Below, one piece after another: positions 30,554 to 40,293 of a DNA stretch of 64,000 bases. How positions within the stretch are numbered: the stretch's first letter is position 1; the number at the start of each line of letters is the position of its first letter. The notes below the pieces were generated by a model. It had not been told where the DNA came from, searched no databases, and was given only the letters and a program-made list of their open reading frames with translations. The stretch lies in contig CBDCOX010000002.1 in NCBI GenBank assembly GCA_965219995.1, forward strand, positions 1,248,001-1,312,000, given 5' to 3'. The position numbers and the translations under genes were made by a program. The stretch comes from Candidatus Latescibacterota bacterium. Lineage in GTDB: Bacteria > Latescibacterota > UBA2968 > GCA-2709665.

Positions 30554-31120
30554 CTAGGCGTCCAGAATCACCGCGTGAGCCATCTCCGGGCCATGGACCC
30601 CCAGCGTGAGCCGCATCTCGATGTCGGCCGTGCGACTGGGGCCCGAAATGAACGTCACGGTGGCATTCTCAGGCTGATCTTCCATAAATTCCCGGATCCG
30701 GGGTCCGGCGTCCATCAGCGTCTCTTTGATCTCCTCGGCCCGAACGACGCCCAGATGCGCCCTTGGCAGCGTGGAAACGAGTCGGGTCGCGTCGTTTGTC
30801 GCGAACTCGACGAGCGCGCCCGCGTCGGCCACGGCAAACTCCGCCCAGGACACCCCTACATCCGCGGCGTCGATGGCGCCCGGCAACGTTGAACCGTCGT
30901 AGGGCGGCCTCAACAGCTCGACCCCGGCACCGGCGCACCGCGACTCCAGTTCCCGCATCAGCGCGTCCGGAAGCTCCGCCGCGGCCAGCCGGGTCCCCTC
31001 GCAATCGCGAACGACCGAGAGCACCGCCGCCGCCGCGGCCGCCATGCTGCCGGCTACGTGTACGCGTCCGGAGAGCGTTTCGTACTTGGATACAAACCTC
31101 TCGATGACTTCGGCCGACAT
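30554..31120 (-). CDS. LutC/YkgG (LUD domain) protein
   Basis: ISGPSRTADIEMRLTLGVHGP. Confidence 0.9.
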   Translation of the reverse strand: MSAEVIERFVSKYETLSGRVHVAGSMAAAAAAVLSVVRDCEGTRLAAAELPDALMRELESRCAGAGVELLRPPYDGSTLPGAIDAADVGVSWAEFAVADAGALVEFATNDATRLVSTLPRAHLGVVRAEEIKETLMDAGPRIREFMEDQPENATVTFISGPSRTADIEMRLTLGVHGPEMAHAVILDA

Positions 31121-31423
31121 CATCCTCCCCTTTCAATGACAACCCGACGCCATGCGTTTCGGGCGCCAACAAGGTAAGCGCAAAACGGTCCCGGGTCAAC
31201 CGTCACCCGGACGGACCGTGCTTCCGAACCGGTCCGTTTTCGTTTGTCGCCGTTGCGCGGGAAACGTATATTCGTCGGTCCCGGATCGAAGCCGATTCAG
31301 CGTCTCGTCAGACCGGGTTCTTTCCGATCGTTTCCCGGCGATGCGGTCGCGCGTTCCCGTCGATTTCCCGGGGCTCCCCGCTGCTGCATTTCTGACGTGC
31401 GCGCCAACCCACGGAGCATTTCA

Positions 31424-32533
31424 ATGGTGAATCCCATTCGCATTCTGCACATCGGCCTGGGGCCGCTCGGACAGATGCTGGGACCGTTTCTGGCGGAGAA
31501 GGATCACCTGAAACTGGTCGGCGCCATCGACATCGATCCGGAAAAGGCCGGCCGCGACCTGGGAACCCTGTATGGCCTCGAGCGGCCGCTGGACGTCGCC
31601 GTTGCGTCAGAACCGGACGCAGGGACGATGAACGGCGCGGACGTCGCCGTCGTCACGACGGTGTCCGAACTTCGCGCGCTGTTCCCCACGCTTGAACGGA
31701 TGATGGAGGGCGGACTGAACGTGGTCTCCACCTGCGAGGAACTGGCCTATCCCTGGGTTGCGGAACCGGAGCTTGCACGTCGCATCGACGATATCGCGAA
31801 GGCCAACCGTGTCTCCGTACTGGGCACCGGTGTGAACCCGGGGTTCCTGATGGACTTTCTGCCCACCGCGGCCACAGCCGTCTGCCGGAACGTGGAATCC
31901 ATCCGGATCGATCGTATCCAGGACGCCTCAAGGCGGCGATTACCCTTCCGCCGGAAGATCGGCGCCGGACTTTCGATCGACGCCTTCGAGAAACGCGTCC
32001 ACAAACGTCAGATCCGCCACGTGGGTCTGGCGCAATCCATGCATATGGTCGCATCCGGACTCGGCTGGCGGCTGGACAGGACCGAGGAACTCGTGGAACC
32101 GGTGGTCGCGCGAACGGAGGTGCGCGGGAAGGACTGGTCCGTTCCGGCCGGAAGGGCCACGGGCGTGAACCAGACGGGCAGGGGATACGTGGACAACCGG
32201 GAGGTGCTCACGCTCGTTTTTCGCGCGGCCGTGGGCGAAACGCGCCCCAGAGACCGCATCCGCGTCTTCGGTACTCCGGAAGTCGATCTCACCGTTGCCG
32301 GCGGCATCAACGGAGACGTCGCCACCTGTTCCATCGTCGCCAATGCGATTCCGGTTGTCCACGGTGCGCCGCCCGGCCTGCGCACCATGGTCGACATCCC
32401 CCCCATATCGGCATTCCGGCGTGCTGCCCCCACGGGAGGATTCCTGCATCCCGAAGAGCCCGATACTCCGCCTGACTCTCACCTCGACGCCGCCCCCTAC
32501 GCGCCTCCCGGTCGTACGCCGGAATCCACATAA
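31424..32533 (+). CDS. Dihydrodipicolinate reductase-like / 2,4-diaminopentanoate dehydrogenase family protein
   Basis: IGLGPLG, NVVSTCEELAYP, GTGVNPGFLMD, GGINGDVAT; start ATG 31424. Confidence 0.82.
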   Translation: MVNPIRILHIGLGPLGQMLGPFLAEKDHLKLVGAIDIDPEKAGRDLGTLYGLERPLDVAVASEPDAGTMNGADVAVVTTVSELRALFPTLERMMEGGLNVVSTCEELAYPWVAEPELARRIDDIAKANRVSVLGTGVNPGFLMDFLPTAATAVCRNVESIRIDRIQDASRRRLPFRRKIGAGLSIDAFEKRVHKRQIRHVGLAQSMHMVASGLGWRLDRTEELVEPVVARTEVRGKDWSVPAGRATGVNQTGRGYVDNREVLTLVFRAAVGETRPRDRIRVFGTPEVDLTVAGGINGDVATCSIVANAIPVVHGAPPGLRTMVDIPPISAFRRAAPTGGFLHPEEPDTPPDSHLDAAPYAPPGRTPEST

Positions 32534-32534
32534 C

Positions 32535-32571
32535 TGTTGCAAAAAATACACATCTGTGTTATTCTTTCACA
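32535..32571. promoter_or_regulatory. Candidate tandem enhancer (bEBP binding) sites
   Basis: TGT-N10-ACA (32535-32550) and TGTG-N9-CACA (32555-32571), about 85-120 bp upstream of a -24/-12 motif. Confidence 0.5.
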
Positions 32572-32654
32572 GGGCCAGACCATGCGCCGGATCCGGTTCC
32601 GGGTGCAAACACCTGTTTTTGCGTCGGATTCGTGATCAACGAGAAACGGTCATC

Positions 32655-32671
32655 CTGGTACGGTTTTTGCG
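32655..32671 (+). promoter_or_regulatory. sigma54 (-24/-12) promoter
   Basis: CTGGTACGGTTTTTGCG with exact GG-N10-GC spacing and TTGC. Confidence 0.7.
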
Positions 32672-32726
32672 CACTCCGATTAACCTCCTTGCACGTGTTC
32701 GGCGGAAACCCGCGGAGGTTAGCGCT

Positions 32727-34088
32727 CTGTCTCAAAGATTTCTCACCATTCGGCCGAATTCCGGCAATGTGTCTGGGCGATTGAACACTGGCGCGCTATG
32801 GCGCACAATTGTCCTGCTTTCCGTCCTCTTTGCCTGGACGGACGCCTCGCAGTTGTGCGCTCAGGATGCCACCGGTTACGTGGTGGAACGCATCGAGGTT
32901 CGCGGCAATCGCAAGACAAGAGCCGACATCATCCTTCGTACCCTGCCAATCCACGCGGGTGACCGGCTCACGCCCGGCAGACTGGATGCCAGCCGCGAGT
33001 CGCTCTACCGCACGCGCCTCTTCCGAACGGTGCACGTCGCGCCAAAGCCCGGCACCGAACAGGGCAAGGCCGTGCTGGTGGTCTACGTCGACGAAAAACG
33101 GTTCGGCGATGCCGGTATCAGCTTCGAATACACCGAACTGGACGGGTTCGGGCTCGCCGCCGACGCCTATCATGTCAACCTCGCCGGCGAGGGCAAGACC
33201 GTGGGCGTCGAGTATTCGCATGGCGAGCGACTGCAGCGCTTCGGCTTGAGCTATGCCGACCCCTGGCTGACCAGCGGATGTATCTCCCTTCATGCGAAAG
33301 CCCACTTTTCGCGGGCCGACCGGGACATGTACCGCAGTTCCGATCCTCTGAGGCGCGGCCTGTACGACGTGGACAGACTTGGCGGCGCCATTGGCGTTGG
33401 AAAGCCCGTCGGCGAGAAATACCGTCTGGTCGCCCGTTACGCCTTCGACGAGATTCGCGTCAACGACTTCGAAGAGCCGGAAGTCTTCATTTCAGGCCCG
33501 GAATTCACCCGGGAGATCAGCGCGGCCCTGGGCCGCACGCCAATATCCACCTTCGGCATCGAGCTCTACCGGCAGCACGCCTCAAGATTCTGGGGCAGTA
33601 CCCCTGGATTCGATTTCAACTTCCGTATGGACTTCGCGCCCGGCGCCCTTGGAGACAACCCGAGCTACCTCCGGAACCGAATCGAGGCCTACCGGCATTT
33701 CGCAACCCTGCCCGGCCAGATCCTGAGCGTCGGGGGACGCGCGGGACACATTTTCGGCACACCCCCGTTCTTTGACCGGTTCTATTTTGACGGCCAGAAT
33801 CAGCTCCGCGGGTTCGAACGGCGCGCGATCGGCCCCGAGGGCGGTACGGAATTTGTTTCGATCGAAGGCGTGTATGCAATTGCAACCCGGCCGATCGGCA
33901 GGATCTACTGCTTTACCGAGTGGGCCGCGATTCGCAGACCGGTCGGGAACGGCCACGTCAGGGATTCGAACGGCACCTATGGTATCGGCGCATTGCTGTT
34001 TAACCGGATCGACATCAGTTACGGCTTGAAAAGGGGCACGCTCATCGTGAAATTCCACCGGTTCGGCGGTATCAACATGGGTCTGTGA
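32727..34088 (+). CDS. Omp85/BamA-TamA family outer membrane protein with a single POTRA domain
   Basis: Signal peptide; VERIEVRGNRKTR POTRA; YADPWL; QLRGF; start uncertain (CTG 32727 after GGAGG, or GTG 32769). Confidence 0.8.
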   Translation: MSQRFLTIRPNSGNVSGRLNTGALWRTIVLLSVLFAWTDASQLCAQDATGYVVERIEVRGNRKTRADIILRTLPIHAGDRLTPGRLDASRESLYRTRLFRTVHVAPKPGTEQGKAVLVVYVDEKRFGDAGISFEYTELDGFGLAADAYHVNLAGEGKTVGVEYSHGERLQRFGLSYADPWLTSGCISLHAKAHFSRADRDMYRSSDPLRRGLYDVDRLGGAIGVGKPVGEKYRLVARYAFDEIRVNDFEEPEVFISGPEFTREISAALGRTPISTFGIELYRQHASRFWGSTPGFDFNFRMDFAPGALGDNPSYLRNRIEAYRHFATLPGQILSVGGRAGHIFGTPPFFDRFYFDGQNQLRGFERRAIGPEGGTEFVSIEGVYAIATRPIGRIYCFTEWAAIRRPVGNGHVRDSNGTYGIGALLFNRIDISYGLKRGTLIVKFHRFGGINMGL

Positions 34089-34148
34089 GCCGGAGGGAAC
34101 GGCACCCGGAACCCGCCCATACCGAACGAAACAGACCAAGCTCCCGAA

Positions 34149-34775
34149 ATGCATACCTATCGAGGCAAAGCAGAGGCGTCCACGCGAATTGTCGGCATTT
34201 GCGCTTGCCTCTTTTTTTTTGTTGCATTCCCCGTACGTTCCGGCGCCCGGGACGTCACCGTCGCGGCGCGCACGGTCTACGTGCATGCGGACACGCTGAA
34301 ACTGCATATCGAGCTGGATTCTCTGTTTTCGCGCCGTGCGCTGGATGCCATCGCGTCCGGCCTGATCACGTCGGTGGTCATGGAATTCCGGCTGGATTCG
34401 GACCGGCGCTCGAAAGCACTGGAAACCGCGGTAGGGATGCGCCTGGACCACGACATCTGGGAGGGAAGGTATCGGGTCGTGCGCGACACCGGCCGGCTGG
34501 ACACCCTGCAGACAGCTCATTTCGATACGGTCAAGACGTACTGCTCGGTACTCCGGGGCCTCTCGATCGGGCCGCTTCCCGAAGGCCGTGATTTCAGGCT
34601 GCGTCTTCGGGTTGGCGTCACCCCCATTTCGGTGGAACAGGAGCGGCGCTCACGCCGCTGGCTCAATGTCCTGCAGAGAGGAAGCCTGCTGGAGCTATTC
34701 ATTTCACTGGACCGGCCCACGAAACGCTCCCCGTGGATCGATGTCAGCCAATTCTCGCCGGAGGATCTGCAATGA
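34149..34775 (+). CDS. DUF4390-like periplasmic protein
   Basis: Signal peptide; ALDAIASG..FRL..L.HDIWEGRYRV; sits directly before an NtrY-like kinase. Confidence 0.7.
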   Translation: MHTYRGKAEASTRIVGICACLFFFVAFPVRSGARDVTVAARTVYVHADTLKLHIELDSLFSRRALDAIASGLITSVVMEFRLDSDRRSKALETAVGMRLDHDIWEGRYRVVRDTGRLDTLQTAHFDTVKTYCSVLRGLSIGPLPEGRDFRLRLRVGVTPISVEQERRSRRWLNVLQRGSLLELFISLDRPTKRSPWIDVSQFSPEDLQ

Positions 34776-36268
34776 GATCCCTACCTCTGCGCTGGCGGAT
34801 CGTCATCGCACTCATCGCCCTCACGCTGGGCACCACGCTGGCACTCTCCCTGCTTGCCCAACATTTCCTGGAATCAGGCCTGCGGTTGCAGGACAACATC
34901 AGCGCAAGCACCAGCCGGGCATTGAACGACGCGGTCGAACTGGCAAGGAGCCATTACGAGAGCCGCAAGGCGGCGCTCGGCGATGCGGGGACCCGCCTCT
35001 TCCGGTCGTCGCTGCCGTCGGAAGCCGTCCGTACGCGCGACCTGCGGACGGTCCGCGCCTTCCTGGACAGTCTCGACCTTGTTGACGCACGTCTTCGGTT
35101 CGCGGATGCCGCGGAAGTTGCATCGCTCAACCTGCGGGGGAACGCATTCAGCCCGGCCGTGCGCAGGGCCGGCGAGCGCGACGCGTCGCTGGAACTGTAC
35201 GTGCCCGTTGGACAGGTTGGACCGCCGGAAGCGGCCCTCGTGATCACAAGCCCGATGGTCGAGCTCAACAACGTTGAGCAGGCAGTCCAGGCCCATCAGT
35301 ACCTTCGCATGATCGGAGGCGACCTCCGAGGCGAGTTCTTCTTTTATTTCGCGATGGCAACCATCGGACTTCTCGTACTGGCCTGCCTCATGGGCGTTCG
35401 AATCGGCTTCGGCGCGACCCGTCCGCTGCACGAACTCGTCAAGGGTACCCGCGAACTGGCGCAGGACAACCTGGACTACCGTATTCCTCCGGGACGGGAC
35501 GACGAAATCGGACTGCTGATCGGTTCCTTCAATCGGATGGCGGAGGACCTGACGCAGAACCGGCGGCAGCGCCTCGAAGCGGAAAAGATCGCGGCCTGGC
35601 GCGAGATCGCCCGGCGCCTTGCCCACGAAATCAAGAACCCGCTGACACCGATACAGCTGACGGTTCAGCAGATCCGCGACAAATACCCGGGCGAAGACCC
35701 CGCCTACCGGAAACTGGTCCAGGACTGCACCGAGATCGTCACGGAAGAGGTGGAAAGCCTGAGAAAACTGGTTCAGGAATTCGCCGACTTCGCGCGCATG
35801 CCTTCTCTGTCGCTCGGGAGGCACAGCCTGAACGGCGTGGTTACCGATATCGTGCGGCTCTATCCTGAAGCCGGAATCGTCCTCGAACTCGCGCAGGAAC
35901 TTCCCGATCTGGATCTGGACAGCGAACAGATGCGCCGCGTGCTGATCAACCTGATCGAAAACGGCCTGGAAGCCGCCGGACAGCGGGGCCGGATCGTCAT
36001 TCAGACCGAGAGCCACCCGAACGCGGTCAAGCTCCTGGTGGTGGATTCGGGTCCAGGCGTACCCGAACGGGACAGGGAGCGAATCTTCCAGCCGCATGTG
36101 TCTTCCAAACAGAGCGGCATGGGCATGGGACTGGCCGAAGTCCGCAGCATCGTAGAGAGCCACGGCGGCCAGATCGTCGCGGCGGGCGCGCCGGAAGGTG
36201 GCGCGCAGTTTGAGGTTACCCTGCCCGTTCCGAAGGAACGGGCCAGACAGCCGGAGGAACGGATATGA
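34772..36268 (+). CDS. NtrY-like membrane sensor histidine kinase
   Basis: Two TM helices, HAMP, AWREIARRLAHEIKNPLTPIQL, VDSGPG, GMGMGL. Confidence 0.9.
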   Translation: MRSLPLRWRIVIALIALTLGTTLALSLLAQHFLESGLRLQDNISASTSRALNDAVELARSHYESRKAALGDAGTRLFRSSLPSEAVRTRDLRTVRAFLDSLDLVDARLRFADAAEVASLNLRGNAFSPAVRRAGERDASLELYVPVGQVGPPEAALVITSPMVELNNVEQAVQAHQYLRMIGGDLRGEFFFYFAMATIGLLVLACLMGVRIGFGATRPLHELVKGTRELAQDNLDYRIPPGRDDEIGLLIGSFNRMAEDLTQNRRQRLEAEKIAAWREIARRLAHEIKNPLTPIQLTVQQIRDKYPGEDPAYRKLVQDCTEIVTEEVESLRKLVQEFADFARMPSLSLGRHSLNGVVTDIVRLYPEAGIVLELAQELPDLDLDSEQMRRVLINLIENGLEAAGQRGRIVIQTESHPNAVKLLVVDSGPGVPERDRERIFQPHVSSKQSGMGMGLAEVRSIVESHGGQIVAAGAPEGGAQFEVTLPVPKERARQPEERI

Positions 36269-37647
36269 CAGAACCAACCATTCTGGTGGTGGACGACGAA
36301 CGCAACATTCGTCGAACCCTGGAGATGATCCTGTCTGCGGAAGGATACCGGGTGGTCTGCGCGGCTTCGGGCCAGGAAGCCCTGGCCGCGATGAAATCCG
36401 AATCGCCGCAGGTGGTCCTGCTGGATATCGTCCTGCCGGGATCGAACGGGATCGAAATCCTGAAAACCGCCCGGCAGAGCCACCCCGACCTGGCCGTAAT
36501 CATGATCTCCGGGCACGGAACCGTCCACGACGCGGTCGTGGCGACGAAGCTGGGCGCCTACGATTTCCTGGAAAAGCCGCTGTCACGTGAGAAGGTGCTG
36601 CTGACCCTCTCCCACGCACTCGAGAGTATCGAGCTGAGCGAAGAGAATCGCAATCTGCGCCGAAAGTTCGAAACGCGTTTCGAGATGGTGGGCGAAAGCC
36701 AGGCCATCGCGTCCGTTCGCGAACAGATCGCGAAGGTCGCACCGACGAACGGCCGCGTCCTGATCCTGGGCGAGAGCGGCACCGGCAAAGAACTGGTCGC
36801 CCGGGATATCCACCGGAACAGCCGGCGATCCACGGGACCGTTCGTCAAGGTCAATTGTGCCGCGATCCCCGAGGAACTCATCGAAAGCGAGCTGTTCGGC
36901 AGCGACCGCGGCGCGTTTACAGGCTCGGTGAAGACCCGCGACGGCAAGTTCCTGCTTGCGGACGGCGGAACGCTCTTCCTGGACGAAATCGGCGATATGA
37001 GCCTGAGCGTCCAGGCCAAGGTCCTGCGGGCGCTCGAGCAGGGCGAATTCGAGCGCGTTGGCGGGTCCAGGACCTTGAGAGTGGATGTGCGCGTGATCGC
37101 CGCGACCAACAAAAACCTTCAACAACAGGTCGAGAACGGAGCATTTCGGGAGGACCTCTACTTCAGGCTCAACGTCGTGCCCATCACGGCCCCGCCATTG
37201 AGGGACCGCAAGGAAGACATACCCCTTCTCTCGGCGCATTTTCTCAAGGGATATGCCGATGAAAACGACTTTCGCCCCAAGAAACTCAGCCCCGGCGCAA
37301 TGGAGGCCCTGAAGAACCACGGATGGCCGGGCAACATCAGGGAACTGAAGAACCTGATAGAACGCCTGTCCATTATGGTCGCCGAAGATACGGTCGACGA
37401 CCATCATCTGCCAGGCCTGGACGGTCCGCAACCCGGCCGCGGGGCCGAGACTCCGGAGGACGTTGGCTCACTGCCCGGCGTGGCATCCGGGAAGAGCCTG
37501 CATGAAGTCCGTGAAGCCGTGGAAAAGGCCTACATTTCCGATGCATTGAAAGGAAACGGCTGGAACGTTACAAGGGCTGCCAGATTGCTGGGCGTGGACC
37601 GCACCAACCTCCACAAGAAAATCAAATACTACAATATCGAGCGCTGA
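36265..37647 (+). CDS. NtrX-like sigma54 response regulator (REC-AAA+-HTH)
   Basis: ILVVDDE, LLDI, MISGHG, FLEKP, GESGTGKE, GAFTGS, WPGNIREL, RTNLHKK. Confidence 0.92.
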   Translation: MTEPTILVVDDERNIRRTLEMILSAEGYRVVCAASGQEALAAMKSESPQVVLLDIVLPGSNGIEILKTARQSHPDLAVIMISGHGTVHDAVVATKLGAYDFLEKPLSREKVLLTLSHALESIELSEENRNLRRKFETRFEMVGESQAIASVREQIAKVAPTNGRVLILGESGTGKELVARDIHRNSRRSTGPFVKVNCAAIPEELIESELFGSDRGAFTGSVKTRDGKFLLADGGTLFLDEIGDMSLSVQAKVLRALEQGEFERVGGSRTLRVDVRVIAATNKNLQQQVENGAFREDLYFRLNVVPITAPPLRDRKEDIPLLSAHFLKGYADENDFRPKKLSPGAMEALKNHGWPGNIRELKNLIERLSIMVAEDTVDDHHLPGLDGPQPGRGAETPEDVGSLPGVASGKSLHEVREAVEKAYISDALKGNGWNVTRAARLLGVDRTNLHKKIKYYNIER

Positions 37648-37719
37648 CAGGGCGGGAGACTGCCGCGTTTCCGCACGCGCGGACGCCGCGGTCCGGCGGC
37701 CCACGCCCGGAGACAACCA

Positions 37720-38856
37720 TTGAAAACGGCGTTCCTCATCCTCCTCCCGATCCTTGCCTGGGTACAGGATGCCCGCGCGCAGCCCGACGACGTTTCCCGG
37801 ATCGAGAAGCTCTACCGGGGCGCACGGCTCCGATACAACCGCGTGGAGGGCGCCTACCTGGGGTATCGCCAGTCCATCCGCCATAGGGATCGGCCGCGTT
37901 TCACGTTCTTTGCGGAAAGTGGATACGGCACTGCCAGCGGCTCGGTCCGGTGGGAAGCGGGGGTGGACTACCAGAGCCCGGAAACCAGTCTGAACGTCGC
38001 TGTTTTCGACAGATCCGACACGCCAGACCGGGGAACTGTCGGAACCACCGAAAACAGTCTGCTCAGTCTCCTCTTCAAATGGGACCACCGCGACTATTTC
38101 CGTGCGAAGAACGGATTTGAAGCGAACGTCATCCTCAGGCCGAAACGAAAGCTCTCCGTCGTCGGGGGCCTGACCGCGTTCCGCTGTGAGCCCCTGCCGG
38201 TCGGGACCGCCTGGAGCCTGTTCTTCCGGGAACGCCCGTTTCGGGGAAACCCGCCCGCCCGGCGCGGCGACGCCGGCATGCTGTACGCCGGCGTTGTGGT
38301 CGACACGCGCGTCAGGAGCCCGCTTTTCCGTAATGCATGGTACGGACGAATCCACGTTGAGCGCGGCTTTCGGGACTTCGCCTTCCACGGGCTCACCCTC
38401 GAGGGCAAGCGCTACCAGAAAGGCATATTCGGTCGGCAGGGCCTGATTGTGCGGGCCCGGCTCAGCACCCGCGAAAGCACGGCGCCGCAGTTTCTTTTCG
38501 GCTTGGGCGGCGTGGGCACCCTGCGCGGGTACGACATCAGGGAATTCTCCGCCAACCGGCTGGTTCTGCTCAACCTCGAATACGCCTTTCGCGGCGACGT
38601 CCTTCCGAAGATTCCAGTCACGGGATTCCGTCTTCTCAACCTCACCGTTTTCGCGGACGCGGGATGGACCGCGCTTGTATCGGAATCCGCCCACCTGATC
38701 GAAGGATTCGGAGACCTGGACCTCGCCTCCTTCAGGACCAGCATCGGCTTCGGCATTGCGCTACCACGTCAGCTCCTCAGGTTGAACGTGGCCCGCCGCC
38801 TGGACAGGTCCGATGCTGTCTGGAACCTGTCCATCCGGCTCCGGTTCAGTCTCTGA
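37720..38856 (+). CDS. Omp85-like (DUF5686/BamA C-terminal type) outer-membrane beta-barrel
   Basis: Signal peptide; RYNRVEG, DHRDYF, LGGVGTLRGY, FADAG; C-terminal RFSL. Confidence 0.75.
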   Translation: MKTAFLILLPILAWVQDARAQPDDVSRIEKLYRGARLRYNRVEGAYLGYRQSIRHRDRPRFTFFAESGYGTASGSVRWEAGVDYQSPETSLNVAVFDRSDTPDRGTVGTTENSLLSLLFKWDHRDYFRAKNGFEANVILRPKRKLSVVGGLTAFRCEPLPVGTAWSLFFRERPFRGNPPARRGDAGMLYAGVVVDTRVRSPLFRNAWYGRIHVERGFRDFAFHGLTLEGKRYQKGIFGRQGLIVRARLSTRESTAPQFLFGLGGVGTLRGYDIREFSANRLVLLNLEYAFRGDVLPKIPVTGFRLLNLTVFADAGWTALVSESAHLIEGFGDLDLASFRTSIGFGIALPRQLLRLNVARRLDRSDAVWNLSIRLRFSL

Positions 38857-38885
38857 TTCAGCTCCCGTACCCGGCGCAAGAAGAA

Positions 38886-38922
38886 CAGAAAGGCCCCGGA
38901 AGCTCTATCCGGGGCCTTTCTG
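38886..38922. terminator. Strong hairpin between convergent genes
   Basis: CAGAAAGGCCCCGGA-N7-TCCGGGGCCTTTCTG perfect 15-bp stem. Confidence 0.7.
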
Positions 38923-39016
38923 CTCGCAAGCCAGCCGCCGCACTTCAGCGGTCAGGAGATGTCCCCACGCCGCCGCATGTGAAATGCCAGGGCCGCGCGC
39001 CGGATCATCGTCCGTA

Positions 39017-40267
39017 CTATGTACCCTCCTGCCAGGAACTGAGATACCGCTCCTGGTCTGCGGTCAGCGAATCGATCTCCACGTCCATCGCCTCCAACTG
39101 CAGCCGCGCGACCTCCCGGTCGATCTCGTCCGGCAGCCGGTACACCCTGGGCTCCAGATTGTCGGCGTTCCTGATGCCGTATTCCACCCCGAGGGCCTGA
39201 TCGCAGAACGACAGCGACATCACGGTGGACGGGTGCCCCTCCGCGCACGCCAGGTTCACGAGACGACCTTCGCCACAAAGGAACAGCGAGCGGCCGTTCA
39301 GGTGATATTCGTGAAACAGAGGGCGCACCTCCTCCTTCTTTTCCGCCATCGTCTCGAGCCCGTCCACGTCGATCTCCAGGTCGAAGTGACCGGCGTTGGC
39401 CACCACCGCGCCGTCCTTCATGACCTTCATATGTTCCGCGCTCAAAACGTGCTTGTTTCCGGTAACCGTGACGAACAGGTCGCCGATCCCGGCGGCGAGT
39501 GCCATCGGCATCACCCTGAATCCGTCCATCCGAGCCTGCAGCGCCCGGAACGGATCCACTTCCGTGACAATGACCTCCGCTCCCAGCCCCCTCGCCCTCG
39601 AAGCCACGCCCTTTCCGCAACTGCCATAGCCGACGACGACGACCGCCTTGCCGCTGATCAGAAGATTGGACGCCCGCACGACGCCGTCCAGCGCGGACTG
39701 TCCCGTCCCGTAGAAATTGTCCATCAGGTGCTTGGTGTCGCAGTCGTTGACGGCGATAATGGGATACTTCAGCGCATTGTCCTTTTCCATCGCGCGCAGC
39801 CGGATGATGCCCGTTGTGGTCTCTTCGCAGCCGCATACGATCTCAGGAATCTGATCCGGATAATTTGTGTGCACTTCGTTGACCAGATCGCAGCCGTCGT
39901 CGATTGTCACGTGGGGCCGGGTCTCGATAACCGCGCGGAGGTACCGGTAGTAGTCCTCCCTCGATTCGCCCTTGTAGGCATATACAGAGACGTCTTCGGC
40001 AGCAAGGGCCGCCGCCACGTCGTCCTGCGTGGAGAGCGGATTGCAGCCTGTGATCGACACGGTGGCGCCGCCGGCCCGCAACGTCCGCACGAGTACAGCC
40101 GTCTCCTTGGTAACATGGAGCGCCATGCCGATCCGGAAACCGCTGAGCGGTTTTTCGCGTTCGAATCGTTCCCGAATCTTCAGCAGCGCGCCCATCTGCT
40201 TCTCGGCCCATTCGATGTTTCTGAATCCCTGTTCCGCCAGACCGATGTCCTTTACCTCGTATCCCAC
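39017..40267 (-). CDS. ahcY: Adenosylhomocysteinase
   Basis: LHVTKETA, CNPLSTQDD, EETTTG, KHLMDN.YGTGQS, GRLVNL..AEGHP. Confidence 0.95.
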   Translation of the reverse strand: MGYEVKDIGLAEQGFRNIEWAEKQMGALLKIRERFEREKPLSGFRIGMALHVTKETAVLVRTLRAGGATVSITGCNPLSTQDDVAAALAAEDVSVYAYKGESREDYYRYLRAVIETRPHVTIDDGCDLVNEVHTNYPDQIPEIVCGCEETTTGIIRLRAMEKDNALKYPIIAVNDCDTKHLMDNFYGTGQSALDGVVRASNLLISGKAVVVVGYGSCGKGVASRARGLGAEVIVTEVDPFRALQARMDGFRVMPMALAAGIGDLFVTVTGNKHVLSAEHMKVMKDGAVVANAGHFDLEIDVDGLETMAEKKEEVRPLFHEYHLNGRSLFLCGEGRLVNLACAEGHPSTVMSLSFCDQALGVEYGIRNADNLEPRVYRLPDEIDREVARLQLEAMDVEIDSLTADQERYLSSWQEGT

Positions 40268-40293
40268 GCCTTTCTCCTCTCCATCCTCCAATG

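Noticed and set aside
32295-32726. Long N-terminal extension of the Omp85 ORF
   Set aside because: It overlaps the upstream gene and the promoter motifs; the signal peptide lies later.
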